Shown here: in pieces, positions 1 through 7,147 of the stretch
Position numbering within the stretch: position 1 is the first letter of the stretch
Layout of the letters: every line of letters starts with the position of its first letter
NCBI GenBank assembly: GCA_013285775.1
Contig: JABDHB010000001.1
Coordinates: forward strand, 1-52,526
Length of the DNA stretch: 52,526 bases
Direction: 5' to 3'
DNA from: Chlamydiota bacterium
GTDB lineage: Bacteria > Chlamydiota > Chlamydiia > Chlamydiales > Rhabdochlamydiaceae
Notes under the pieces: model-generated
Databases searched by the model: none
Seen by the model: the letters and a program-made list of their open reading frames with translations, nothing else
What the model was told of the DNA's origin: nothing
Made by a program: the position numbers and the translations under genes

Positions 1-65
1 TCATGGATCATGTATTTTTGTCGTGTACAGAGATATACAATAAATAATTTCTTCTTTCTTAAAAT

Positions 66-362
66 TTGATGATTATTCATGATCAAAAATTTCGAGGAGA
101 GCAGAAAATTATGGTATTTTCGATTTGTCTAGCGATTTTGGGACTGCTATTTATCTACCTAGAGTTTTTTCTTCCTGGCTGGGTCTTAGGGATAGGAGGA
201 GGATTGCTGATCATATTTAGCATAGCCCTATTTCTTGGAGAAACAACGGCTCTTATGCCAGTCTTTATTTTTGTGGGAATCCTTTCTATTTTAGCTGTAT
301 ATACTTGCAATTTAGCCCTTAAGAGACGTGTAAAGCTCAAAAAAGATGAAGATCTTAATTGA
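66..362 (+). CDS. small hydrophobic membrane protein, family unknown
   Basis: 98-aa ORF. It has 2-3 hydrophobic helices (ICLAILGLLFIYLEFFLPGWVLGIGGGLLIIFSIALFL, MPVFIFVGILSILAVY) and a basic tail. The start is ambiguous between ATG 66 and ATG 111 (MVFSICL). Confidence 0.45.
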   Translation: MMIIHDQKFRGEQKIMVFSICLAILGLLFIYLEFFLPGWVLGIGGGLLIIFSIALFLGETTALMPVFIFVGILSILAVYTCNLALKRRVKLKKDEDLN

Positions 363-394
363 ATCTTAATTGCAAAACGGTATAATCCTAGGCT

Positions 395-1162
395 ATGACA
401 TGTTGTAGCGTTTTTCCTGTAATTCCTTGTTTGGAATCTTACGATGATAAGTGGCGTGATATCTGCGGCAAAAAAATATATGCTGATGGCTCTAGCTTTG
501 AACCAAAAATTTATACGGTAAGTACCACAAGTGGAAATGTTTTTCTCAAAACGGAAAGTGCAGATATTAGTTTGATTTCAGCCCTGATGATTCCCGGATA
601 TGCGCTTTACGGTGCAGCTTCCATTGTGTTTCATACTTTAAGAATTTTCCCGGATCTTTATGTTCATCTTAAAGAGGGGGAGATCTGCAATGCGCTCGTA
701 GCTGTAGCAATAGATATTTGGAACATCATTAGAGACCTCATTTATACCCCTCTTCTCATGTTAGCTGCGCTCTATGGCATTTTGTTTTCTCATGAAGGAA
801 GAGAGCTTATGGCTATGCTCGATCTTTCTTGGCATCATGGCGTAAATTATGAAGGAGACTATAGAAATACTCTTATTAAGAGGGAGCAATCACAACTGCG
901 GAAGCTAGAGAGTTCTAAGGATCTTACACCTGAAGACGTAGCCAAAAAACAGGAACTTACCGATAAGTTTAAAGATATGAGTGATTTCAAAGTTTTTTGG
1001 ACAGCTGCGAAAGCGGCCAAAGTGTTCTATCTTCCTTGGTGCATGCAATCTCGAGGGAATGTCCGTAAGTCAAATATTTCTGTTGTTTGGGACCGTACTG
1101 ACGATACAACGAAAAAACTTCTCAAAGAGAGGCTTAATCTTGCTCCAGTGGCTCCTCAATAG
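395..1162 (+). CDS. hypothetical membrane protein with two hydrophobic segments and a charged C-terminal half
   Basis: 255-aa ORF. Hydrophobic segments ISLISALMIPGYALYGAASIVF and LVAVAIDIWNIIRDLIYTPLLMLAALYGILF are followed by a Lys/Glu-rich region. No recognisable family. Its 3' end overlaps the convergent FliO-like ORF by 29 nt. Confidence 0.55.
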   Translation: MTCCSVFPVIPCLESYDDKWRDICGKKIYADGSSFEPKIYTVSTTSGNVFLKTESADISLISALMIPGYALYGAASIVFHTLRIFPDLYVHLKEGEICNALVAVAIDIWNIIRDLIYTPLLMLAALYGILFSHEGRELMAMLDLSWHHGVNYEGDYRNTLIKREQSQLRKLESSKDLTPEDVAKKQELTDKFKDMSDFKVFWTAAKAAKVFYLPWCMQSRGNVRKSNISVVWDRTDDTTKKLLKERLNLAPVAPQ

Positions 1163-1550
1163 GGGTTAGCACCCTCACTTCGAGCTGAGACTCAGAGACT
1201 AGCATCTTTTTTCCCCCAATTTCTACAACGTAAAGAAGTGTTTTAGAGCTAAGAGAGCGCTTTTCTAAAATTTTTACCGTTACATTTTGATTCATAAACC
1301 TCATCCGCCCTTGCGACAGCCTTTTAAGGGCCCAGAAGGTGAGGAACACTAAAACCAACAATCCGACCAAGGAAAGGATCATCTTGAAAAAGGCATGCTC
1401 ATAGGAAGGGGTTTCTGGGAGCATTTCAGGCTGCACAGGAGCAACCTCTTGAGTTTGAGCTGTGGCAGGAGATGGTGTAGGTGTAGGAACATCTTCAGCG
1501 TAAGTATAGGTAAAGAACACCAGTAAAAGGATGTAAAGAATTTTTTTCAT
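1134..1550 (-). CDS. FliO-like small membrane protein (signal peptide, Pro/Thr-rich linker, one TM, FliO-type C-terminal domain)
   Basis: 138 aa. The layout is MKKILYILLLVFFTYTYA signal, a PTPTPSP linker, TM ILSLVGLLVLVFLTFWAL followed by KRL, then VTVKILEKRSLSSKTLLYVVEIGGKKMLVSESQLEVRVL. This mirrors E. coli FliO as I recall it (TM..AAWLVKRL..LKISASASLGARERVVVVDVEDARLVLGVTAGQINLL). Confidence 0.6.
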   Translation of the reverse strand: MKKILYILLLVFFTYTYAEDVPTPTPSPATAQTQEVAPVQPEMLPETPSYEHAFFKMILSLVGLLVLVFLTFWALKRLSQGRMRFMNQNVTVKILEKRSLSSKTLLYVVEIGGKKMLVSESQLEVRVLTPIEEPLEQD

Positions 1551-1607
1551 AGCTAGTCCTTATTTCTTAGATAAGTAATAATATCGCATAAAAGTGGCGG
1601 TAAGGCA

Positions 1608-2546
1608 ATGATGAAAGTGATCGAATTGAATTTAGCAGCAGCAAAAAAAAGAAAATCTAAGCAAACAGGATTTATCCATCACTGCTACGAAGATCCAAAA
1701 AACAGTGATACAATCCCCGTGATCGAAAATTTTTGCTACGCTGAAGCCCTTTTAAGAAGCCGTCTTGCGGAAAATGTTTTGGAAGGAAGAGCTCTTTTAG
1801 AAAAGCTCAAAGCTTTTGAGATTGATGGGCTATATCCTGTTTATCTGCATGAATACCCCAATTGCAGAGTTAAAAAGCCTGAGAGCATAAAAACAGCTCT
1901 GCCCGAGAACTGGCATCCCAGGTTTCACGCATTTATTGAAGATAAGCAGCAGGAAAAAGGGGAGCCAGAACTCACGTTAGACGATTTAAGGATGGGACAG
2001 CTTTACAATTCTTTTTCTAAAAGGGCTCTTACTGATCATCCGGTCCATTTAAGAGCTTCTCTCATAGAGCCGTCTGAGGTTCTAAACATTGAGAACAATG
2101 ATCCATTTGTAAGAAGACTCAGCGAAAATACGTTTAAAATTTGGTGGGGTGATCAGAGTGTTACCCACACATTTGCTCTTTTTACAAAAGGGAAGCTTGA
2201 AAAAATTTCTGAAGAAGAGTTTTTAATCTATTTGCCTGAAGAGCATTTAGAAGAAGAAGCTTTAGAAATTAAGTGCTTTTTGAATATGCATGAGGAGAAT
2301 AAAATTACCATGAAAGCCAGCACTTTTAAAGTGGCAGAGGTAGTTGAGATTTCTTCCAAAGAGTTAAAAATAGAACTAAGCTTTTATGCAGATGAGGGGA
2401 ATTTTTTAGGCCACATCTCGCACGGGAATCGTCCCCATTCCAAAAATGTCACCATCTTTGATGCCTACGATTGGCAAATTGCTCTTCGTTCCATCAGAAG
2501 ACCCGTGAACTCTATCGTCCGAGCAATCATAAAAATCACAAGCTAA
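1608..2546 (+). CDS. hypothetical protein
   Basis: 312-aa uninterrupted ORF with a weak AAGG Shine-Dalgarno before ATGATG. No family recognised. Confidence 0.6.
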   Translation: MMKVIELNLAAAKKRKSKQTGFIHHCYEDPKNSDTIPVIENFCYAEALLRSRLAENVLEGRALLEKLKAFEIDGLYPVYLHEYPNCRVKKPESIKTALPENWHPRFHAFIEDKQQEKGEPELTLDDLRMGQLYNSFSKRALTDHPVHLRASLIEPSEVLNIENNDPFVRRLSENTFKIWWGDQSVTHTFALFTKGKLEKISEEEFLIYLPEEHLEEEALEIKCFLNMHEENKITMKASTFKVAEVVEISSKELKIELSFYADEGNFLGHISHGNRPHSKNVTIFDAYDWQIALRSIRRPVNSIVRAIIKITS

Positions 2547-2558
2547 AAACAAGATTTT

Positions 2559-2755
2559 TTCATCGCGAAGCGATTCTTTTTCTCTCTTCATCGCGAAGCG
2601 ATTTTGGAGTGCGCAAATTTATTTGCGCTTTTCTCTACATCGATTTATCGATGTATAAGCTAGCGGCGATGAATCGCCTTAAAGAAAAGCGCAAATAAAT
2701 TTGCGCACTCCAAAATCGCTTCGCGATGAAGAGAGAATCGCTTCGCGATAAAGAA
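2559..2755. repeat. Repeat family A, copy 1: ~197-bp nested palindrome
   Basis: The left arm ttcatcgcgaagcgatt..ttcatcgcgaagcgattttggagtgcgcaaatttatttgcgcttttc is mirrored by gaaaagcgcaaataaatttgcgcactccaaaatcgcttcgcgatgaa..atcgcttcgcgataaagaa. The centre carries catcgatttatcgatg and ggcgatgaatcgcc. It lies between the stop codons of convergent genes (1608..2546 and fabI). Confidence 0.9.
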
Positions 2756-2766
2756 GAGTTTCTTCT

Positions 2767-3663
2767 CTAAACTAGTTTGAGTGACGGAGAGTCCACAGCC
2801 ATTCCCATAGCGTGCATTCCGTTATCAACGTAGAGGGTCACTCCCGTGATAGCAGACGCAGCAGGAGAAAGGAGGAATGCAGCTGCTTGGCTGACCTCTT
2901 CGGCGGTCATCTCTTTTACAAGAGGGGCATTTGCTTTTGAGTATTCAATCATGCTGTCGATTGTCCCAATGGCTCTGGCAGCTCTACTGCGAAGAGGACC
3001 GGCAGAAATGGTATTCACACGGATACCCCACTTCCTTCCAGCTTCCCAAGCAAGAGTGCGGGTGTCGCTTTCAAGAGCTGCTTTGGCAGAGCTCATACCG
3101 CCACCGTAGCCTGGAACTGCTTTTTCTGAGGCGAGATAAGTAAGGGAAACTGTAGCGCCTCCATGAGTCATGATAGGACCAAAATACTTAAGCATGCTGA
3201 CAAAAGAATAGGCGGACGCGCTAACTGCTGCTAAATACCCCTTTCTCGAAGTTTCTAAGAGAGGTTTTTTCACTTCAGGACCGTTTGCAAGGCAATGGAC
3301 GACAATATCGATTGTCCCAAAGTCTTCTGCGACTTTCGCTGCTACTTCAGAAATCGTATAATGGGAAGCTTCTTGGTACCGTTTATTCTCTTTAATTTCT
3401 TGAGGAACATCTTCTGGAGTGTCAAACGCAGCATCAAGAGCATAAAGCTTTGCGTATTCCATCAAAGAACCGTCGGAAAGGGTTCTGGATTCATCAAATT
3501 TTCCTAATTTCCACGATTGAGTAAAGATGTTGACCATAGGGGTCCAAGTTCCAATCAAAATGGTTGCGCCAGCTTCAGCGAGCCCCTTAGCAATCGCCCA
3601 GCCATACCCTTGATCGTCTCCCACACCTGCAATAAAAGCTTTTTTTCCTTTAAGATTAGCCAT
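2767..3663 (-). CDS. fabI: enoyl-[acyl-carrier-protein] reductase (NADH), plant/chlamydial type FabI
   Basis: 298 aa. Long matches to plastid-type ENR as I recall it: [93 protein letters not shown]. Confidence 0.95.
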   Translation of the reverse strand: MANLKGKKAFIAGVGDDQGYGWAIAKGLAEAGATILIGTWTPMVNIFTQSWKLGKFDESRTLSDGSLMEYAKLYALDAAFDTPEDVPQEIKENKRYQEASHYTISEVAAKVAEDFGTIDIVVHCLANGPEVKKPLLETSRKGYLAAVSASAYSFVSMLKYFGPIMTHGGATVSLTYLASEKAVPGYGGGMSSAKAALESDTRTLAWEAGRKWGIRVNTISAGPLRSRAARAIGTIDSMIEYSKANAPLVKEMTAEEVSQAAAFLLSPAASAITGVTLYVDNGMHAMGMAVDSPSLKLV

Positions 3664-3720
3664 GATAGTTACCCCTTCAGTTAAGGTAACCTTTGTAACA
3701 TATTTCCTCGTTTAGAGGAA

Positions 3721-3924
3721 TTATTTCTTTTTTCCCATCATGAGGCGTCTCCACCCTTCAGCAGTCAGAATTTTTCGGTGGGATCCTTTAACGGGAGTTG
3801 AAGTTTTTTCTTTAGGTTTGTGTTCCATAATTTCCTTGCCTTTGGCCTTTTTTATCGGTTTTTTGACAACAGGAGCTTTCTTAACAGGTTTTTTGGCAAA
3901 TTTCTTCATCATCCGCTTAATCAT
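3721..3924 (-). CDS. small lysine-rich basic protein (possible nucleoid or histone-like protein)
   Basis: Start taken at ATG 3924 (MIKRMMKKFAKKPVKKAPVVKKPIKKAKGK...), 7-8 nt after AAGGGAGAG. 67 aa, very Lys-rich, with a C-terminal TAEGWRRLMMGKKK. The longer 84-aa ORF start at 3975 lacks an SD. Confidence 0.5.
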   Translation of the reverse strand: MIKRMMKKFAKKPVKKAPVVKKPIKKAKGKEIMEHKPKEKTSTPVKGSHRKILTAEGWRRLMMGKKK

Positions 3925-4066
3925 ACACAGGCTCTCCCTTAAGATTAGTATTAATAATTTTATTTTATTTGTCAATAAAATATTTAAATTGCAATTTGCC
4001 CGTGACTGTAATTGCGTAATATAGGATAATTTAAGCTAGCAATAATAAACTTATACAGGAGGCAAT

Positions 4067-4510
4067 ATGAGTACTATAGGAGCAGCAGGAGCGGGGTCAT
4101 CAGCAGCAGGTTCTTTTGCAGAGACAACTGTTAAGACTCTCTTGCAATTGGAAGAAGAAAATGCCTTGAACATGGCAAACGAAAAGCATATTGCTGCCTC
4201 TGAAGCTTTCTCTTCTGCTTTCAACACGTTCGAGAAATACATAAAAGTAATTGGTATTGTGGCAATTATCGGTCTTGGGGTGATAGCTTTAGGAGTTTGC
4301 TGCAGATTTAATGTAGGAGCTCTTCCAGACGTTCTCTCTAAGCAATATGCTTGGATTCCGTTAGTTGTAGGTGGCGTAGCTTTAACAACGCTTCCTTTTT
4401 CCTTGAATGTTGCTAACTGTAAATACAAAAACAGCCAGAACGTTAAGGCTAGGCATGCGTATAATGCTCTATATCATAAAAAGCTAGGTATATCATATGT
4501 ACGTTTCTAG
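4067..4510 (+). CDS. candidate inclusion-membrane (Inc-like) protein with a bilobed hydrophobic domain
   Basis: 147 aa with a strong SD (AGGAGG, 5 nt before the ATG). Two ~18-aa hydrophobic segments (VIGIVAIIGLGVIALGVCC and WIPLVVGGVALTTLPFSL) are separated by a 16-aa loop. The N-terminus is small-residue-rich (MSTIGAAGAGSSAAG). Confidence 0.6.
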   Translation: MSTIGAAGAGSSAAGSFAETTVKTLLQLEEENALNMANEKHIAASEAFSSAFNTFEKYIKVIGIVAIIGLGVIALGVCCRFNVGALPDVLSKQYAWIPLVVGGVALTTLPFSLNVANCKYKNSQNVKARHAYNALYHKKLGISYVRF

Positions 4511-4618
4511 TAGCATCATGCTTGAGAGAATCTTCGCGCACTGCAAAAGATAGATGACTAACGGAAGAAAGAAAGAGAGTTCAATTCTCTTAAGGTCCAT
4601 TGGGTAAGGTGGCTTTTC

Positions 4619-4811
4619 TAGCCCAACGGGCTAAAACTGTGTAGCCTAGGGCATCGCCCTAGGTAAACGGGAAAAAATAAAATCGCAGCCTGTAGGGCTG
4701 CAACAGGGCCATAACTTTGATATTCTGTTGCAGCCCTACAGGCTGCGATTTTTATGGTGCATTTTTCCTAGGGCGATGCCCTAGGCTACAGAGTTTTAGC
4801 CCGTTGGGCTA
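4619..4811. repeat. Repeat family B, copy 1: ~193-bp palindrome built from three hairpin modules
   Basis: Module order is agcccaacgggct / cctagggcatcgccctagg / gcagcctgtagggctgc, then a centre, then gcagccctacaggctgc / cctagggcgatgccctagg / agcccgttgggct. A partial direct re-duplication of the flank extends to ~4867. Confidence 0.9.
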
Positions 4812-4870
4812 TTTGGAGAAAATTTTCCTGGGCTAGATAATTTTACTCGTTGGGCTAATTTGGAGAGAGA

Positions 4871-5281
4871 ATGGAAATTGAAATTGAGTATTTGGGAAAT
4901 CTAGAGACTAAGTGCGTTCACGGGGAAAATGGATCGGTTGTATTCACCGATGCACCGAAAGATAATCAGGGAAAAGGGGAGAACTTTTCTCCGACAGATC
5001 TTTTTGCGGCGTCGCTTGGTTCTTGCGTGCTGACAATCATGGGGATTTACGCGAAAAAGATCGGGGTGGATATTACCGGGACAAAAATTCAGGTAACAAA
5101 GGAAATGGCAAAAATCCCTCCACGGAGGATCCAGCATCTCAAGTGTGTTTTAACCTCTCCCCACTTTTTTACCTCTGATGTAGCAGAAAAACTGCAGCAA
5201 GCAGGAGAGCATTGTCCTGTCCATTTAAGCTTGCACCCTGACATCACATGTGAATTTATCTACCATTGGGGACAAAAGTGA
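4871..5281 (+). CDS. OsmC/Ohr family peroxiredoxin-like protein
   Basis: 136 aa with an OsmC-like core (GENFSPTDLFAASLGSCVLTIMGIYAKKIGVDI ... GEHCPVHLSL). GGAGAGAGA SD directly upstream. Confidence 0.8.
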   Translation: MEIEIEYLGNLETKCVHGENGSVVFTDAPKDNQGKGENFSPTDLFAASLGSCVLTIMGIYAKKIGVDITGTKIQVTKEMAKIPPRRIQHLKCVLTSPHFFTSDVAEKLQQAGEHCPVHLSLHPDITCEFIYHWGQK

Positions 5282-6123
5282 GATTTCAGGTTGTTCCTTG
5301 TTACTATTGCGCTGGGGCAGAAGCTGAGCGAAAAAAGATCATCGATCAAATTGTGATCGCGCTTTGCAAACAAGATTTAACGGTTTTACCACGCTCATAC
5401 AATGCTGAAGAAACTCCTGTTTCTTCTGTGATGGCAGAGCTCAATACTCGGCCTCTTTTGGGCAAGTTTTCCATCATCGTATTTGATAGTGTGGAAAAAC
5501 TTAAAAAAGCAGAGCTCCAGATATTAGAGAGTTATATTGCAAAGCCAGCTCCCTACGCACATCTGATTCTAGGCGGAACTACTCTCAAAATCACAAAAGG
5601 GGTATTAGCTTTTGATCTTTCCTCTGAAAAACCATGGGAAAAGCAGAATCGACTAAAAGAGTGGATGATGGGGGTTGCAGCCAAAGAAAGAAAGAGGTTA
5701 ACGCCCGATCTTATTGCTTACTTATTTGCTCGCGTGGGCCCAGATGTTGCAGCCCTTGAGCAAGAGCTGCAGAAGCTTTTGACCTACGCTCTTGATAAAG
5801 AAGTCATTGACGTGGCAGATGCTGAAAAACTGTGCCCGCAACCTGCAGCAGTTACAAGTTGGAAGCTTGTCGAAATGCTTGTTTTCGAAGGGAAAATGCC
5901 TCCAAATCCGCCTGTAGAAGATATCTCTTCTCTTCTCGCTTTTATGGGGCAGATCCGCTACCAGCTAGAACAAGGAATAAAAAAAGAAGGAAAAAAACCT
6001 TTTTTTATAAACGCCCTTAAAGAGCTTTTTCGCTTAGAGGTGCAATGTAAAACACTTAATGTGGATTCCCGAGTTTTATATGATGTATTTGCTGCCAAAC
6101 TTATTAGATCAAGGCGCTCTTAA
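5266..6123 (+). CDS. holA: probable DNA polymerase III delta subunit
   Basis: 285 aa. Delta-subunit-like features include FSIIVFDSVEKLKKAELQILESYIAKPAPYAHLILGG and LEQELQKLLTY. The start is ambiguous (TTG 5266 or GTG 5278) and overlaps the end of the OsmC gene. Confidence 0.55.
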   Translation: MGTKVRFQVVPCYYCAGAEAERKKIIDQIVIALCKQDLTVLPRSYNAEETPVSSVMAELNTRPLLGKFSIIVFDSVEKLKKAELQILESYIAKPAPYAHLILGGTTLKITKGVLAFDLSSEKPWEKQNRLKEWMMGVAAKERKRLTPDLIAYLFARVGPDVAALEQELQKLLTYALDKEVIDVADAEKLCPQPAAVTSWKLVEMLVFEGKMPPNPPVEDISSLLAFMGQIRYQLEQGIKKEGKKPFFINALKELFRLEVQCKTLNVDSRVLYDVFAAKLIRSRRS

Positions 6124-6730
6124 GGAGCACTCGTTTCCTCCCATTGTTGCACAGATTGTCCCAACATTGACAGGGCTGATTGCTGAAAGTGAAAGGGGCG
6201 CGCGCTCTTTCTTAAAACAATTTGCAACCCATATTCCCCTTTTTTTACTAAACGAACACACAACCGATTCTGCCATCGCTGATTTCATTAATCAGTATAC
6301 AGGAACCTGGGGTCTTATTTCCGACGCAGGCCTTCCATGCCTTGCAGATCCAGGCGCTAAACTCGTTGCTCTTGCGCGCAAAAAAACCATCCCCATTAAA
6401 GCGATCACTGGTCCTTGCTCAATCACTCTAGCGATCATGCTCTCAGGAATTCCCAGCCAAGCTTTCACTTTTCACGGTTATCCTAACAAAGATCTTCTCT
6501 CCCTCCAAAAAAACCACACCCATATCTTTATCGAAGCTCCTTACCGTAACCAAAAATTTCTCGAGCAACTCATCAAAACCCTCCCCGATAAAGCCCTCCT
6601 CTGCACAGCCACCGACCTTACAGCTCCCACAGAAGAAGTGATCACTCTTCCCGTTGCTTCTTGGAAAAAACACCCTCTTCCCGAAATCAACAAAAGACCT
6701 ACGGTCTTTTTGTTGAACGTTGAACGCTGA
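6080..6730 (+). CDS. SAM-dependent methyltransferase, tetrapyrrole-methylase fold (RsmI/YraL-like)
   Basis: Conserved N-terminus MMYLLPNLL. and the motif GLISDAGLPCLADPGAKLVALARKKTIPIKAITGPCSITLAIMLSG. Start chosen at ATG 6080; the ORF opens at 6059. The last codons (LLNVER-stop) lie inside repeat family F. Confidence 0.7.
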   Translation: MMYLLPNLLDQGALKEHSFPPIVAQIVPTLTGLIAESERGARSFLKQFATHIPLFLLNEHTTDSAIADFINQYTGTWGLISDAGLPCLADPGAKLVALARKKTIPIKAITGPCSITLAIMLSGIPSQAFTFHGYPNKDLLSLQKNHTHIFIEAPYRNQKFLEQLIKTLPDKALLCTATDLTAPTEEVITLPVASWKKHPLPEINKRPTVFLLNVER

Positions 6731-6795
6731 ACGATGAGCTGAAGAAAGAAAGAGTCCCTCTTCAGTTCAGCGTTCATCATTCATCGTTCAGCGTT
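6712..6795. repeat. Repeat family F, copy 1: imperfect inverted repeat built from (t)gaacg units
   Basis: gttgaacgttgaacgctgaacgatgagctgaag, a loop, then cttcagttcagcgttcatcattcatcgttcagcgtt. The right arm (6760..6795) is identical over 36 nt to 33191..33226. Confidence 0.75.
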
Positions 6796-6801
6796 TCTCT
6801 C

Positions 6802-7005
6802 CTACGCTTTGTACCGCATCAAAAACTTCCTCTCTCCTTTGGGGAGGGAGCGCTTTTTTCGTTTGGAGAAGAATTTGAGTGCAACTTCGAAGAGGCGTGT
6901 AGATTTTTTCTTGGTGAGCTTTCTTTTCTTGAAATTACGCTGCCGCTCTTTTTGTTTCTCTTTTGATAGTGTGGTTGCATTGGTTTTTAAGAGCTTTTTG
7001 GGCAT
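6802..7005 (-). CDS. possible small Lys/Arg-rich basic protein
   Basis: 67 aa from ATG 7005 (MPKKLLKTNATTLSKEKQKERQRNFKKRKLTKKK...), 8 nt after AGGTGGG. A mirror ORF on the + strand (6809..7099) is equally long, so the coding call is weak. Confidence 0.3.
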   Translation of the reverse strand: MPKKLLKTNATTLSKEKQKERQRNFKKRKLTKKKSTRLFEVALKFFSKRKKRSLPKGERKFLMRYKA

Positions 7006-7147
7006 CTTGGTTCCCACCTTTTTAAAACGGGGTGGCGGTGGGAGATATCTTCTAGCAGGAGGGGTTTTGGGGCGTATGTTTGCTACCATAAGCAGATAAT
7101 GTAAAAATTTTTTTAATTGTCAAGTTTTAGGTGTTTTTGCAAAATTA

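Noticed and set aside
2471-2698. Short ORFs with recurring peptides such as SSRSDFGVRKFICAFL (also 13433-13822, 13542-13793, 13717-13923)
   Set aside because: The shared peptides are just translations of repeat family A. The same DNA is palindromic and gives similar ORFs on both strands. The ORFs run across tRNA-Ser and gene ends and have no translation signals.
4051-4428. 125-aa minus-strand ORF opposite the Inc-like gene
   Set aside because: The + strand ORF has a consensus AGGAGG SD and a coherent bilobed TM architecture. The minus-strand ORF lacks a start context and is probably a by-product of the Ala/Gly-rich coding sequence.
6809-7099. 96-aa + strand ORF mirroring the small basic protein
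   Set aside because: It has no SD, a hydrophobic low-complexity product, and would run towards the folC promoter region. The minus-strand reading with an AGGTGGG SD is slightly preferred, but neither is secure.
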